Positions 28,418 to 37,790 of a stretch of DNA of 52,784 nt are shown one piece after another. The stretch lies in IMG/VR virus record IMGVR_UViG_3300044960_000379, positions 1 through 52,784 of that record; one strand, given 5' to 3'. This DNA comes from a virus (lineage: Duplodnaviria; Caudoviricetes). The translations under genes and the position numbers were made by a program. Within the stretch, counting starts at the first letter, position 1; each line of letters begins with the position of its first letter. A model generated the notes under the pieces. The model ran no database searches, was not told the DNA's origin, and saw nothing but the letters and a program-made list of their open reading frames with translations.

Positions 28418-30246
28418 TTTGCCAGTCCATAGATTGCAGCTGTGCTGACGGAGCAGCTGACGGCCATGCGCGGCCACCAGCGCGGCGGGGTCGACATGAC
28501 CCGCCGGACGAACGCGGCGCACTCATCCGCCTCGTTTTCGCGGCACATGACCACCACCTCGTCGTGCACCTGCATGAGGACAGGGTAGCGGGGCAGGATG
28601 GCCAGCACCTGTTCGGTGATGATTTCGCGAGCCAGAAACTGCGACAGGTTCTCAAGCACCTGACCGCCATAGATTTTCTTCCGCCCGGTCGGGGTCGTCT
28701 TGCTGTTGAAGGCGTAAGTGAACTCGCCGCTCTCCTCCGCCCGCAGGTCGGGGTATTTCACCGCAAGCCCCGACGGCCCGATGACACGGTCGTTGAGCCA
28801 GACGAGCGGCGGGTTGGACGGCAGGTTGGCCGGAGCGTCGCCGGCCGCCATGATCTTCAGCGCGCGCCCGAGCATCTTCCACGTCGCCGGGAACGCCCGA
28901 TAGGTGGCGCGGTAGGTCTTCACGATGCGTTCGGCCTCGGCGTCGTCCAACGTCTTGCCGGTCTGCGCCCAATAGGCCGCCGCGAACGTCCCGGCCCCGG
29001 ACTGGTAGCCGAGCTGCAGGACGGCGACCTTGCCGACCTGCCGCGCCTCGGGGTCGGAGTCCTTCGTCACCGGGCGACCAAAAAGCGTCGAGGCAAACTG
29101 CGCGTAGAGGTCGGCGCCGGCGACCAGGGTGTCGACAATGTCCCACTGCCCGCACAGGCCGGCGCTGGTGCGCAGCTCGATGTTGGCGCTGTCCGCAACG
29201 ACGAGCGTGTAGCCCTCCGGCGCCATGATCGCCTTGCGCAGCATGGACCTGCGCGACAGGTTCTGCGGGTTGCCCCCGCCCCCGCGCCCGCCGGACAGAC
29301 GGTGCGTCACCATCGCCCCGGAGTAGCCGAGGTCGACCGGCCACGCGCCGGTCGCGGCGACGGCCGCGTAGGCCGCCGCCCGCGTCTCCTCGATACTCGA
29401 CTTGACGGACAGGCGCGCCGAAACAAGCGCCGCGACCGTCGGGTCTTCGTGGTTCTTCAAGGCCACGAACGCCGCGTCCTTGGCGCTGAACGCCCACGTC
29501 ACGTTGCCGGTCCGCTTCGACACCTTCGTCGGGGGATCGACGCCAGCGGCCATCAGCAGCGCGGCCAGCCGGTCGTTCGACCTCAAGTCGACCGCTTCGC
29601 GCTGGATTTCCGCGAGCACCTTCTCGCGCATTTCGATTTCGGCGTCGCGCAAGGACAGCAAAAGGCCGTGGTTCAGGACGAGCAGCGGCTTGACGAACAT
29701 CCGCACCGTCCAGTCGAGCACCTTGTATTCGCGCGCAGGAAAGTCGCGCGACAGGATGCGCATTATCTGGTAGGTGTTCTCGATGTCGCTGACCGCGTAG
29801 CTGGCCAGCTGCCCCCGAAGGTCGGGCGAAAGCTGCCGCTGCCCCATGGCGGCGACGAGCGCCGCCGCGCCGGTCTTGCCGGGCAGGCCGAGGTGCTTGG
29901 CCACGGAATCCAGCGAATGCGACGGAAGGCTGCCGCCGATGATGGCGCGCGACATGCCCATGGTGTCGATCCACATCTGCGGGTCGAGCCCGTAGCGCCA
30001 CGCCAGGATGGCTCCGTCGAACTTGACGTTGTGCCCGTAGATCACGACTCCGGGAGTCCGAGCCAGACGGCGGACGAACTCCGGCAGCGCCTCGGCATCC
30101 AGCCACCGGGCCGGCTCCCCATCAACCTTGACGGCCGCGCCGTGCACCATGAACCGCTGATCCCGCAGATACTCTGTCATGGACAGCTTCCGCAGGCTGT
30201 ATTCGCGGTCGTAGTAGGTTTCGAAGTCGATGCCGACGAGGATCAT
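28414..30246 (-). CDS. DNA polymerase, family A, with 3'-5' exonuclease domain
   Basis: IDFET and HNVKFD (exonuclease); motif A DSANIELR, motif B RQVGKVAVLQLGY, motif C QVHDEVV. Confidence 0.92.
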   Translation of the reverse strand: MILVGIDFETYYDREYSLRKLSMTEYLRDQRFMVHGAAVKVDGEPARWLDAEALPEFVRRLARTPGVVIYGHNVKFDGAILAWRYGLDPQMWIDTMGMSRAIIGGSLPSHSLDSVAKHLGLPGKTGAAALVAAMGQRQLSPDLRGQLASYAVSDIENTYQIMRILSRDFPAREYKVLDWTVRMFVKPLLVLNHGLLLSLRDAEIEMREKVLAEIQREAVDLRSNDRLAALLMAAGVDPPTKVSKRTGNVTWAFSAKDAAFVALKNHEDPTVAALVSARLSVKSSIEETRAAAYAAVAATGAWPVDLGYSGAMVTHRLSGGRGGGGNPQNLSRRSMLRKAIMAPEGYTLVVADSANIELRTSAGLCGQWDIVDTLVAGADLYAQFASTLFGRPVTKDSDPEARQVGKVAVLQLGYQSGAGTFAAAYWAQTGKTLDDAEAERIVKTYRATYRAFPATWKMLGRALKIMAAGDAPANLPSNPPLVWLNDRVIGPSGLAVKYPDLRAEESGEFTYAFNSKTTPTGRKKIYGGQVLENLSQFLAREIITEQVLAILPRYPVLMQVHDEVVVMCRENEADECAAFVRRVMSTPPRWWPRMAVSCSVSTAAIYGLAK

Positions 30247-30461
30247 GTGCAGCTCCTGAGCAGCCGTCTGACGACGCCGAGCGCGTTGTAGTCGCACCTG
30301 ACGTCCGATGGTGTTCTGGCCAATACTATAGATACATTGCTTCCGTCCACGTGGACTTTGTAGCGCCGCGCGGTTTCCTCGACTGAGTATTTGATCTGGT
30401 TATCCTGCAAGAACTTGCAGGTCTTTGGGTATAGTTTCTTGAGCTTGTGCTCCGGCGTCAT
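30243..30461 (-). CDS. Small hypothetical protein (lower GC)
   Basis: ATGA overlaps at both ends; GGGAGG RBS. Confidence 0.65.
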   Translation of the reverse strand: MTPEHKLKKLYPKTCKFLQDNQIKYSVEETARRYKVHVDGSNVSIVLARTPSDVRCDYNALGVVRRLLRSCT

Positions 30462-31606
30462 GCTGCCCTCCCTGCATCCAGCACGTCCATCAGCGACGAA
30501 ATCACCTCCGCCGCGAGCGGGGCAACGATTGCATTGCCCGCAATGCGCCAGAGACCCACTCTGCCGGGAAGCCCATCAACCAGCAGGCGAATACCGGATT
30601 CGGCGCGCCGGGCCTTGCCGTCGTGGCAGGCGAGCCATTCGGCACCTGCCCAGAAGGAGCCGTTCCGCGCAGCAGGCCGTTCATCAGCAGCTCGCCCGAC
30701 CGCGCGCCGCTCCGGGACTTCCGCCCGCCGGCCACGTCCGCCAGTGTCGGCGTCGGCCACGCCGCTGCCATCTGCCGGGGCAACTGGTCGAGCCGCGACC
30801 GGCCGTCCTCCGTGGCCGTCGCCATGCCCGGCGTGTCCTTCCAGTCGCGAGCCGAAGGCGTCACCCAGGGTGACGCCTGATGCATTTGCGAGGGAAGGGG
30901 CTGGCCACCGGCCCCGAAGCTCTGGTTCGGCCCGCCCTTCTCGCCGTCGCTCGCCCTCGGCGTGGGCCACTGACCCATCGTGCCCGCGATCTGCTGCGGC
31001 AGGCTCTCGCCCGTATCGTGCGGCCTCGGCCCCAGCGAGCCCTTGTTCCCGTCCATCGCCTGCGGGGTGTTCCACGGCTTGGGCTCCGGGCTTCCAGCCG
31101 GCCCCCTCAACGGCGACCCAGTAGAGCCGCTGGCGGATGTGGGGGGCGTCCACGGCGCAAGCCGGGATATCGACCCCCCGGCAGGCGTAGCCTTCTCGCG
31201 CCAGATCAGCGCGCACTCCGTCGAACCAACCGTAGCCAGCCTTGCCCGCAACCTGTTCTCCCACGACGACAGGGGGCCGGCAGGCACGGACGAGGCGAAA
31301 GAAGTCGGGCCACAGGTGCCTTGAATCGTCGGCACCTCGGCGTTTCCCCGCCGCCGAGAACGGCTGGCACGGGCAGGAGCCGGTCCAGAGGGGGCGGTCG
31401 TCGGACCACCCGGCGAGTCGGGCAGCAACGGACCAGAGGCCGCCGCCGGCGAAAAGGTGAACTTGGCTGAAGCCTCGCAGGTCATCGGGCTGAACCTCCG
31501 TGACGGATCGCGTGTCGACGACACCCGGCGCAATGGCACCGTCCTCGATCAGGTAGCGCAGGACATGCGCCGCGTCGGGGTCGTTCTCGTTGTAGTAGGC
31601 GGTCAC
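30458..31606 (-). CDS. C5-cytosine DNA methyltransferase (main/alpha chain)
   Basis: LFAGGG (motif I), SCPCQPFS (IV), GEQV (VI), PHIRQRLY (VIII), GNAIV (X). Confidence 0.9.
   Translation of the reverse strand: MTAYYNENDPDAAHVLRYLIEDGAIAPGVVDTRSVTEVQPDDLRGFSQVHLFAGGGLWSVAARLAGWSDDRPLWTGSCPCQPFSAAGKRRGADDSRHLWPDFFRLVRACRPPVVVGEQVAGKAGYGWFDGVRADLAREGYACRGVDIPACAVDAPHIRQRLYWVAVEGAGWKPGAQAVEHPAGDGREQGLAGAEAARYGREPAAADRGHDGSVAHAEGERRREGRAEPELRGRWPAPSLANASGVTLGDAFGSRLEGHAGHGDGHGGRPVAARPVAPADGSGVADADTGGRGRRAEVPERRAVGRAADERPAARNGSFWAGAEWLACHDGKARRAESGIRLLVDGLPGRVGLWRIAGNAIVAPLAAEVISSLMDVLDAGRAA
30502..31539 (-). CDS. Probable nested alternative-frame methyltransferase subunit (beta-like); start codon uncertain
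   Basis: Open frame inside the methyltransferase gene with four W-x-TP repeats and NPVFACWLMGFPAEW (motif IX-like), which the main frame lacks. Confidence 0.7.
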   Translation of the reverse strand: MPLRRVSSTRDPSRRFSPMTCEASAKFTFSPAAASGPLLPDSPGGPTTAPSGPAPARASRSRRRGNAEVPTIQGTCGPTSFASSVPAGPLSSWENRLRARLATVGSTECALIWREKATPAGGSISRLAPWTPPTSASGSTGSPLRGPAGSPEPKPWNTPQAMDGNKGSLGPRPHDTGESLPQQIAGTMGQWPTPRASDGEKGGPNQSFGAGGQPLPSQMHQASPWVTPSARDWKDTPGMATATEDGRSRLDQLPRQMAAAWPTPTLADVAGGRKSRSGARSGELLMNGLLRGTAPSGQVPNGSPATTARPGAPNPVFACWLMGFPAEWVSGALRAMQSLPRSRRR

Positions 31607-31827
31607 TTGTTGTCCCCCCTGTTCTTGGACGGGTCGCGCAGGCGCAGGTTGCCCGGCGAGTTGCCCCCGCCCTTGCGGATCGGCTTGACGTGGTCCACGT
31701 CCTTGCCGGCCAGCGCGGCCTTGCCGACCTTCTTCTCCATCATGCGGCGCGCCTCGACCCGCAGCTGCGTGTCCTTGCGATGCGCCCGCTCGTATTCGCC
31801 GTAGCGGTGCGGTCCCTTCCTCGGCAT
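31603..31827 (-). CDS. Small HNH endonuclease
   Basis: GKDVDHVKPIRKGG.N..GNLR.....NRG. Confidence 0.85.
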   Translation of the reverse strand: MPRKGPHRYGEYERAHRKDTQLRVEARRMMEKKVGKAALAGKDVDHVKPIRKGGGNSPGNLRLRDPSKNRGDNK

Positions 31828-31828
31828 T

Positions 31829-31975
31829 TCACGTCCTCATCATGATGACAGCGGCAGCGACAAGCCCGGCGGCGGCGCCGACGATCACGGCAACCTCGGC
31901 AGCGAAACCGAACACGGCGGCAGCCACCCCGAGCAGACCGGCGAACAGGCCGGAAACGTAGAGCATCCCGATCAC
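31829..31975 (-). CDS. 48-aa two-helix membrane protein (not in the ORF track)
   Basis: Hand translation: MIGMLYVSGLFAGLLGVAAAVFGFAAEVAVIVGAAAGLVAAAVIMMRT. It fills the gap exactly, with a GTGA overlap. Confidence 0.65.
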   Translation of the reverse strand: MIGMLYVSGLFAGLLGVAAAVFGFAAEVAVIVGAAAGLVAAAVIMMRT

Positions 31976-32406
31976 GCCCCCCGAGCCCCGTAGAACACCG
32001 GATGCCCGTCAGCGGCCGCGCGGAGGATCGTGTCGTCGGCGATGTCGATCCCCGGAAGGGCTACGACGAAGTAGTCCGGGAACATGGCGCGGATGATGCG
32101 GTTGCGCTTCTTGAACAGCTGCTCGCGCTCGCGCGCGTTCTCGTCGGGCGGCAGCGGCGGCCGGTCGTCCTGCCCGATGTAGAGCGGGCGGTAGTAGAAC
32201 ACGACGCCGAGGTAGGAGGCGAAGTCGAACATCCACCGCTCGACCTTCGGCGAAACGCCGACCACAAGCGTCTCGAAGCGGTAGCGGCCGTGGAGCGACC
32301 CCATCATGCGGTCTAGGTGCTCCATGGCAGACTCCGAGAGTCTGTCCGGGTTGCCCGTCACGATGCAGGTGGAAATGGGCGCGTCAGCGGTAGTGCCGTC
32401 GATCAT
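31972..32406 (-). CDS. Hypothetical protein, possibly a divergent SLOG/DUF2493 fold
   Basis: IVTG...LVVG...RN.....PDYFVVALPG spacing resembles the YspA/SLOG family. Confidence 0.45.
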   Translation of the reverse strand: MIDGTTADAPISTCIVTGNPDRLSESAMEHLDRMMGSLHGRYRFETLVVGVSPKVERWMFDFASYLGVVFYYRPLYIGQDDRPPLPPDENAREREQLFKKRNRIIRAMFPDYFVVALPGIDIADDTILRAAADGHPVFYGARGA

Positions 32407-32698
32407 GGCTTGGGCCCCTGTGGCTGGTGTGCCCGCGCGCCGGCGCGCGGGCGGAGGCGATCAGCTCCCGGATCGCTTCGTTGAGTGCGGCATCCGGCGT
32501 GTCGCCGTAGCCGGTGAACGTGCGCGATCCGTGGAGTCTGCAGATGATGCCGCGCTTCGACTGCCCGAAGTTGACAGCCACGCCGGCCTTGGCCTTGCGG
32601 AAACGCTTTTCTTCCGCAATTAAATTCATCGCTTGGATGATTTTTTCCTGCACGCGAACCCCCTGTTTATGGTTCCGACGTCGCCGCGAGCCGCGCAT
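32384..32698 (-). CDS. Small hypothetical protein (true start probably internal)
   Basis: TGYGDTPDAALNEAI motif; fills the operon gap. Confidence 0.55.
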   Translation of the reverse strand: MRGSRRRRNHKQGVRVQEKIIQAMNLIAEEKRFRKAKAGVAVNFGQSKRGIICRLHGSRTFTGYGDTPDAALNEAIRELIASARAPARGHTSHRGPSHDRRHYR

Positions 32699-33320
32699 CG
32701 GAAGCCGTTTCGAAGCGCCGGCGAACGCCCGGCGGAAACCATGCGAGGATAGTGCCGCGCCTCGGCAGAGTCAAATCCCAAACCATCCAGCAGTAGGCCG
32801 TGGCGGTGGTCGCCTCGGGGTCGTAGCGGCCCCGGACCATCGCGACCCGCTCGCTGAACTGAAGGACATGGGTCGGCGGCTGGCAGTCGTAGATGCGGCG
32901 GAACCTGTCGCCGCCTTCGAGCGCCGCCGTGCGGACGAGCATGGCTACGCCCCGCCGCGCCTCCGTCAGGGCGCGCGTGACGAAGTCGGTTAACCGCGCA
33001 AACGGTGGGTTAGTTATAATCCAATCGGCGTCGAAGCCTTCGGCGTTCGACGTGTAGTCGACGATCTTCCACCCCTTGCCGTAGTCGAAGATGTCGGAGC
33101 CCCGCACGTCGGCGAAAAACTCCCGCAAGACTTCGGTCATGTGCCCGAGCCCGGCAGCGGGGTCGTAGGCGACCATGGTGCCGATGTCCTGCCGAGCCGA
33201 CAGGAACGCGCACAGGGCGCGGGTGGCCCACGGCGGCGTGGGGAACAGGTCGGGGTCGTCGCGCTTCGCCTCGCGCTTGGCCATCACGGCGGCGGACGTG
33301 TTCTGCGCTTTCCTCGTCAT
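32667..33320 (-). CDS. Amino (N6-adenine-type) DNA methyltransferase
   Basis: FPTPPWAT, DPAAGLG (motif I), IITNPPF (motif IV). Confidence 0.85.
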   Translation of the reverse strand: MTRKAQNTSAAVMAKREAKRDDPDLFPTPPWATRALCAFLSARQDIGTMVAYDPAAGLGHMTEVLREFFADVRGSDIFDYGKGWKIVDYTSNAEGFDADWIITNPPFARLTDFVTRALTEARRGVAMLVRTAALEGGDRFRRIYDCQPPTHVLQFSERVAMVRGRYDPEATTATAYCWMVWDLTLPRRGTILAWFPPGVRRRFETASDARLAATSEP

Positions 33321-33736
33321 CGGTGCCTCCGGGCAGTGCGGCGGTTCTCCGAGGCGGATACCCACCGAAGGTTGGACCGACGGCAGTCGAGACTGTCGCC
33401 GTTGATGTGGTCGGCCACCGGCTTGCCGGGCGGCGGCGGGCCAGCGGCCCGCAGCAGCACCTCGCGGTGCAGGTAGACCTTGGTGTAGGTCGCCTCGCCG
33501 GCGACGCGCCTGCAAGCGGCGCGGGCGGTGTATCGCTTGCGGCGGAGCCCGCTGTGCTTGTTGCTAAGTGACACTGACCAGCGCCAGCGCAGTGCCCATT
33601 GGTAGTCCTCGAAGTCGACGAGGGCAAACACGCTGGCGTCAGAAGTGAGATAGATGCGGCAAGGCGCATCCCAGTCGATCTCGTGCAAGGCAAAGGGGTC
33701 GCCGTCGGCGACCCCTGCCGGGAGGCGGGTGCTCAC
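33317..33736 (-). CDS. HNH endonuclease
   Basis: ALVDFEDY...YLHREV...DHINGDSLDCRRSNLRWVSASEN. Confidence 0.85.
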   Translation of the reverse strand: MSTRLPAGVADGDPFALHEIDWDAPCRIYLTSDASVFALVDFEDYQWALRWRWSVSLSNKHSGLRRKRYTARAACRRVAGEATYTKVYLHREVLLRAAGPPPPGKPVADHINGDSLDCRRSNLRWVSASENRRTARRHR

Positions 33737-34596
33737 GTGAACAGCCCCACCAGCGAAGCGGCGGCATCGTAGCACGCCTTCTTGGCCGCCTCCATCTCCG
33801 CCTGCACGACTTCCTTCTCGCTGCGGCGAGCTTTGGCGCGGAACTCCCAGAACGATTCCAGGCGCTGCAGCACCTGCTCGCGGGTGATGGCCAGCGCCTC
33901 GGACACGATGGGATCGCGGGTCAGGTTGAACTCGTCGACCTTGTCAATGAGTTCGCGCAAGCGTTCGATCCGCTCGATGCGGAACCGCTCGCCCTTGTCC
34001 AGCTGGTCGTGGATCGACAGCACCTCGCCGTAGACCTCGTCGCACAGCCGCTCGACGTAGCCGGCATACGCCTTGCCGATGGACTGTGCCACCCGCTCCG
34101 CAAGGTCGCGGTCGTCGCTCACCCGAAAGTCCCCCATGTCCGGCACGGGCAGATATTCGACAGCGAACGAGCAGGCTCCCTGCACGTCCTCCTTCAGCGG
34201 GTAGTCCTCCGGGCGGAACAGGTCGCCGAGGCTTTCGCGCGCCGCCTCCACGTGCTTGTCATAGGAGTCAAGGAACTCCCGAAGCGCCTCGTTGAAGTTG
34301 GACTCGTGGAGTCTGAACGCCTCGTCGAAGCTGCTCCATGCCACGAGCGGCAGCAGCGCGGCGCCGTTGTTGTCCCACGGGAAAGTGCGTGCGTGGAAGT
34401 CGGCGCGCGCGGCGGCGACGATCTTGCCGAGCCGGTCGGTGGAGTCGGCGGCGAAGATGCGCTTGAGGTAGCGCCCGACCTTCTCGCCGGCGCTCTTGCG
34501 CCGGCGGACTTCCTCGGTGACGTCCTGGTCCACCACGGTCCGGGTGAACAGGGTCACGCTCAAGCGAACGAGAATAGCCTTTTCCTTCAGCGACAT
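33733..34596 (-). CDS. DUF3150-like protein
   Basis: AGGAGG RBS; AILVRLSV...TFPW...G..LLP...LGDLF..EDYP pattern of the family that accompanies phage AAA/vWA pairs. Confidence 0.65.
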   Translation of the reverse strand: MSLKEKAILVRLSVTLFTRTVVDQDVTEEVRRRKSAGEKVGRYLKRIFAADSTDRLGKIVAAARADFHARTFPWDNNGAALLPLVAWSSFDEAFRLHESNFNEALREFLDSYDKHVEAARESLGDLFRPEDYPLKEDVQGACSFAVEYLPVPDMGDFRVSDDRDLAERVAQSIGKAYAGYVERLCDEVYGEVLSIHDQLDKGERFRIERIERLRELIDKVDEFNLTRDPIVSEALAITREQVLQRLESFWEFRAKARRSEKEVVQAEMEAAKKACYDAAASLVGLFT

Positions 34597-34610
34597 GGTT
34601 GCCTCCTAAG

Positions 34611-35459
34611 TCAAGCGTCGCAAGCGATGTAGTAGTGGTTGTCGCGCGTCCCCGCCGTCAGGAACGACGGCGCAGCGTGGAAATCGCGCGCGGGCAGAAT
34701 GTTAACCTCCCGGACAAAGCCGAACGGCGCGGTGGTGTAGGTGTCGGACGTCAGGGAGTGCAGCAGATGCTGCACGTATTCCACGCCGCACTCCGAAACC
34801 TTGGCGACGATGTCGGCCGCCGTCCCGCCCTGCGCGGCGGCACGCACGAAGCCATGGTGCGCCGGGCCGGCGTAGGCGAAGGAAGCGAGCATGAGTCGCA
34901 CCGCGATAGGCTGCGCCACGAGCCGCACCGCAAACGGCAGTCCCTGCAGCCGCGCGTCGGGCGAGCCCGGCTTGTCGACGCCGAGGGTGTCAAGGAGCTT
35001 GAGGATGTCGTCGACGGTCCCCTGCGGGAGGGCGCAGACAACGGCGGAAAGGCCGAAGTCGTAGACGCCGAGCCCCCGATCACCGATGGCGAGCGCCGTG
35101 ATGTCACCGCGCACGCGCAGGGTGCCGTCGACGAGGTTCTGTTCCACGGAGACGTCGTGGAGCGTAGCCCCGGCCGCGTAGGCAACCTGACCGCGCTGGA
35201 CGAGCAGCGCAGCGGAAGCGGTCGCAAACGGAACGGCCGAAGGTCGGCGGAAGTCGCCGGCCGCCGACTCCAGTCGAGTCCGCCGGACAACGACGGGCTT
35301 GTGGCCGTTCAGGAGGTCGCGCCGCCAGTCGGACGACAGCAGCGGGCCTTCGACGAGCATGTCGCACGTCGGTGGGCTGAAATCGGCCGCGATCTTGGCG
35401 TCGGGGTGCCAGAGTGCGTCAACCGGGCGCAGGTCAAGCGGGATGGTGCACGGGATCAT
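34611..35459 (-). CDS. Hypothetical protein
   Basis: GGAG RBS before ATG 35459; in the operon. Confidence 0.6.
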   Translation of the reverse strand: MIPCTIPLDLRPVDALWHPDAKIAADFSPPTCDMLVEGPLLSSDWRRDLLNGHKPVVVRRTRLESAAGDFRRPSAVPFATASAALLVQRGQVAYAAGATLHDVSVEQNLVDGTLRVRGDITALAIGDRGLGVYDFGLSAVVCALPQGTVDDILKLLDTLGVDKPGSPDARLQGLPFAVRLVAQPIAVRLMLASFAYAGPAHHGFVRAAAQGGTAADIVAKVSECGVEYVQHLLHSLTSDTYTTAPFGFVREVNILPARDFHAAPSFLTAGTRDNHYYIACDA

Positions 35460-35461
35460 GG

Positions 35462-36631
35462 TCAATCTCCAATTCTCACGGAGCGGCCCCAAGGGGCGGT
35501 GATTTCGGTGGTGAACGCCCAGACCACAGGGTAGCCGGGTGCCCGCTGCGGGAACGTGCCGTAGCCGTCGGTGAAGTAGACGAGCGCAGACGGGCGGGCG
35601 ACATGCGCGCGGACCCAATCGAACGGCGGCCGGAAGTCGGTCCCGCCGCCGCCGCACGGCGACAGGACAAGGTCGGAAGGCCGGTCGAACGTCTCAACCT
35701 TGTTGACGTCCGCATCGCAGTAGACGACGTGGATTTTCTCCGGCCGCGTCTGCGCGCAGAGTTGGCGAATGTAGGACTCGAAGCGCCCGAGCACGCCGTC
35801 GTCGATGGACCCGCTGGTGTCCACGACGAGGACAAACTCGCCAGCCGGCTCGCGCCTCCTGCCCGGCATGAGCGTCGGCAACTGGCTGCGCCGCGACGGG
35901 CGCGCCCAGCTGCGGTCGTCCGTCAGGCGGGCATGGGCGGACAGGACCACATGCGCCAGCACGCGCCGCCAGTCGACCTTCGGCGCTGCCACCGCCTGCA
36001 CGACGCGCTCGACCATGGCGGAGACATTCCCGACCGTCTTGGCGGCCGCAGCGGCGGAGATGATGTCCGCCGCCACCTGCGGAGCGGCGGACTCGTCGGA
36101 GTCCAGAATCGCGTCGAAGCCGCCGGAAACGTCGCCGCTGCCGGAGCCGCCCTGCGGGGCGGCAGCCACCAGCCGATCATAGATCGCCTCGGCGCTGTCG
36201 TCGGTGCCGACGCGAGGATCGAACAGGTAGGCGAACGACCGCATCGGCGCGCGGCCGGACAGCACGTCGATCAGGCCGCCGATGTGCATGGGCGGGCCGT
36301 CCTCGGCCGGGAAGTCGAACCTGAACCCCCGGCGCATCAACTCGGCGTTGATGACGAAATCGGCGGCCATGTTCCACAGGTTCGGCCAGCGCGACCCGCG
36401 CCGGATGTTGTGCAGCGTCGCCTTGTGCCACGCCTCATGGGCGAGCACGGTGGCGCGGGTCGCGTCGTCCAGCCTGCCCATGAAGGTCGGGTTGTAGAGC
36501 ACGACCTTGACGCAGTCGGTCGCTGCCGTCTGCTGCGACTCGTCAGGAGTCAGCGTCATCGTGGAAAGGACGGACGCCTCGAAAGGCGCCCCTCCGATGA
36601 GAATGGCCAGAGCCTTGCGAAGATCGGCCAT
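35462..36631 (-). CDS. DUF2201-type metallopeptidase-vWA domain protein
   Basis: TAATD, LAHEAWH, WNMAAD..IN; vWA MIDAS DTSGS, GGGGTDF, FTDG. Confidence 0.88.
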   Translation of the reverse strand: MADLRKALAILIGGAPFEASVLSTMTLTPDESQQTAATDCVKVVLYNPTFMGRLDDATRATVLAHEAWHKATLHNIRRGSRWPNLWNMAADFVINAELMRRGFRFDFPAEDGPPMHIGGLIDVLSGRAPMRSFAYLFDPRVGTDDSAEAIYDRLVAAAPQGGSGSGDVSGGFDAILDSDESAAPQVAADIISAAAAAKTVGNVSAMVERVVQAVAAPKVDWRRVLAHVVLSAHARLTDDRSWARPSRRSQLPTLMPGRRREPAGEFVLVVDTSGSIDDGVLGRFESYIRQLCAQTRPEKIHVVYCDADVNKVETFDRPSDLVLSPCGGGGTDFRPPFDWVRAHVARPSALVYFTDGYGTFPQRAPGYPVVWAFTTEITAPWGRSVRIGD

Positions 36632-36634
36632 CGG

Positions 36635-37711
36635 TCACTCCTTGCGCAGGAAGTTGCCGGCGGACACGAAGTCGCCGTTGTTGTGGATGTGCCGAAGCAA
36701 CTCGGCATCGGCGATCAGCGCGGACCCGTTGGGCTCGGTCTTGACGCGCGCCATCAGGCGCTTGACGAACAGGCCGGACACCTCGGGGTGGTGACGCTCG
36801 ACCCACCTGAACCCGTTGCGGACCTGCGCGGCGTTCTTGGCGGTGCTCGCCAGCGCGAACGCCTGAAGCAGCGCCATGGCGAGGTTGTCATGCGCGCCGA
36901 AGCCATCCGGGCCGGCCAGCAGCTTCTCGGACGGGTGCAGCTTGGACATGCAGTCCAGCACATGGGCAACGCGCGCCGCCGCCTCGTCGCCCACCACGGC
37001 CGCCAGCATGACCATCCGCATGGCCGGCGACGAGGCGAACTTCAGGACGTCGCTCGCCCGCTTCCACGCGCGCGGCGTCGGCGAGCGAGGCTGCTCGGGG
37101 TCGAACTTGGCGTGCAGGAACTCCTGCGAAACGCGCAGCGCGGCGATGATTTCCGGCGACACGTCGTTGGCGAAAGCATAGTCGGTCCACTCATCGAAAG
37201 TCGGACCGGAGAAGCTGACCACCGCCATGCGGTTGGTCAGCGGACGCGGCAACTCCTCAACCATGGCCCCGGAGCCGGGCGGGTTGCACGCGGCAATCAC
37301 GCGCGTTCCGGGCGGGAACGGGAAGCCACCGCAGCGCCGGTCGAGGATCACTTCGTAGAGCGCCGAGAGAACACCGCGCGAAGCGAGGTTCACCTCGTCG
37401 AGAAACAGCATCACCGGCTTGCCGGCGGACTCGTGGAGTCTGGTCGCCTCAGCAACCAGATCGGGCTGGCAGCGCACGGCCGTGCGCGTGGCCACGTCGC
37501 CGACCGGGATGCCGCCGAGGTCTTCCGGCAGCATCTGACTGGCGCGCCGGTCGAGCAGCGCATAGCCCGCCGCCTCGGCGACGGAGCGAACAATCTCGCT
37601 CTTTCCGATCCCCGGCTTGCCCTCGACCAGCAGCGGCAGGTCAAGCGCCACGGACATGTGGATGGACTCCCGGAGTCCGTCGACCGAAACGGTATTCATC
37701 GTGATAGCCAT
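36635..37711 (-). CDS. MoxR-like AAA+ ATPase
   Basis: GKPGIGKS, LFLDE, AACN, PLTNR and PTPRAW motifs. Confidence 0.9.
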   Translation of the reverse strand: MAITMNTVSVDGLRESIHMSVALDLPLLVEGKPGIGKSEIVRSVAEAAGYALLDRRASQMLPEDLGGIPVGDVATRTAVRCQPDLVAEATRLHESAGKPVMLFLDEVNLASRGVLSALYEVILDRRCGGFPFPPGTRVIAACNPPGSGAMVEELPRPLTNRMAVVSFSGPTFDEWTDYAFANDVSPEIIAALRVSQEFLHAKFDPEQPRSPTPRAWKRASDVLKFASSPAMRMVMLAAVVGDEAAARVAHVLDCMSKLHPSEKLLAGPDGFGAHDNLAMALLQAFALASTAKNAAQVRNGFRWVERHHPEVSGLFVKRLMARVKTEPNGSALIADAELLRHIHNNGDFVSAGNFLRKE

Positions 37712-37758
37712 GTGCGGCTCCCCTGTTGCGTAGTGAGACTATCCCACTACTAAAAAAT

Positions 37759-37787
37759 ATCATAGCAAATAACGCTTGTTGTGTCAA
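37759..37787 (-). promoter_or_regulatory. Strong sigma70 promoter for the AAA/vWA operon
   Basis: Minus strand reads TTGACA-N17-TATGAT with an extended TG, in an AT-rich gap. Confidence 0.85.
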
Positions 37788-37790
37788 GCG

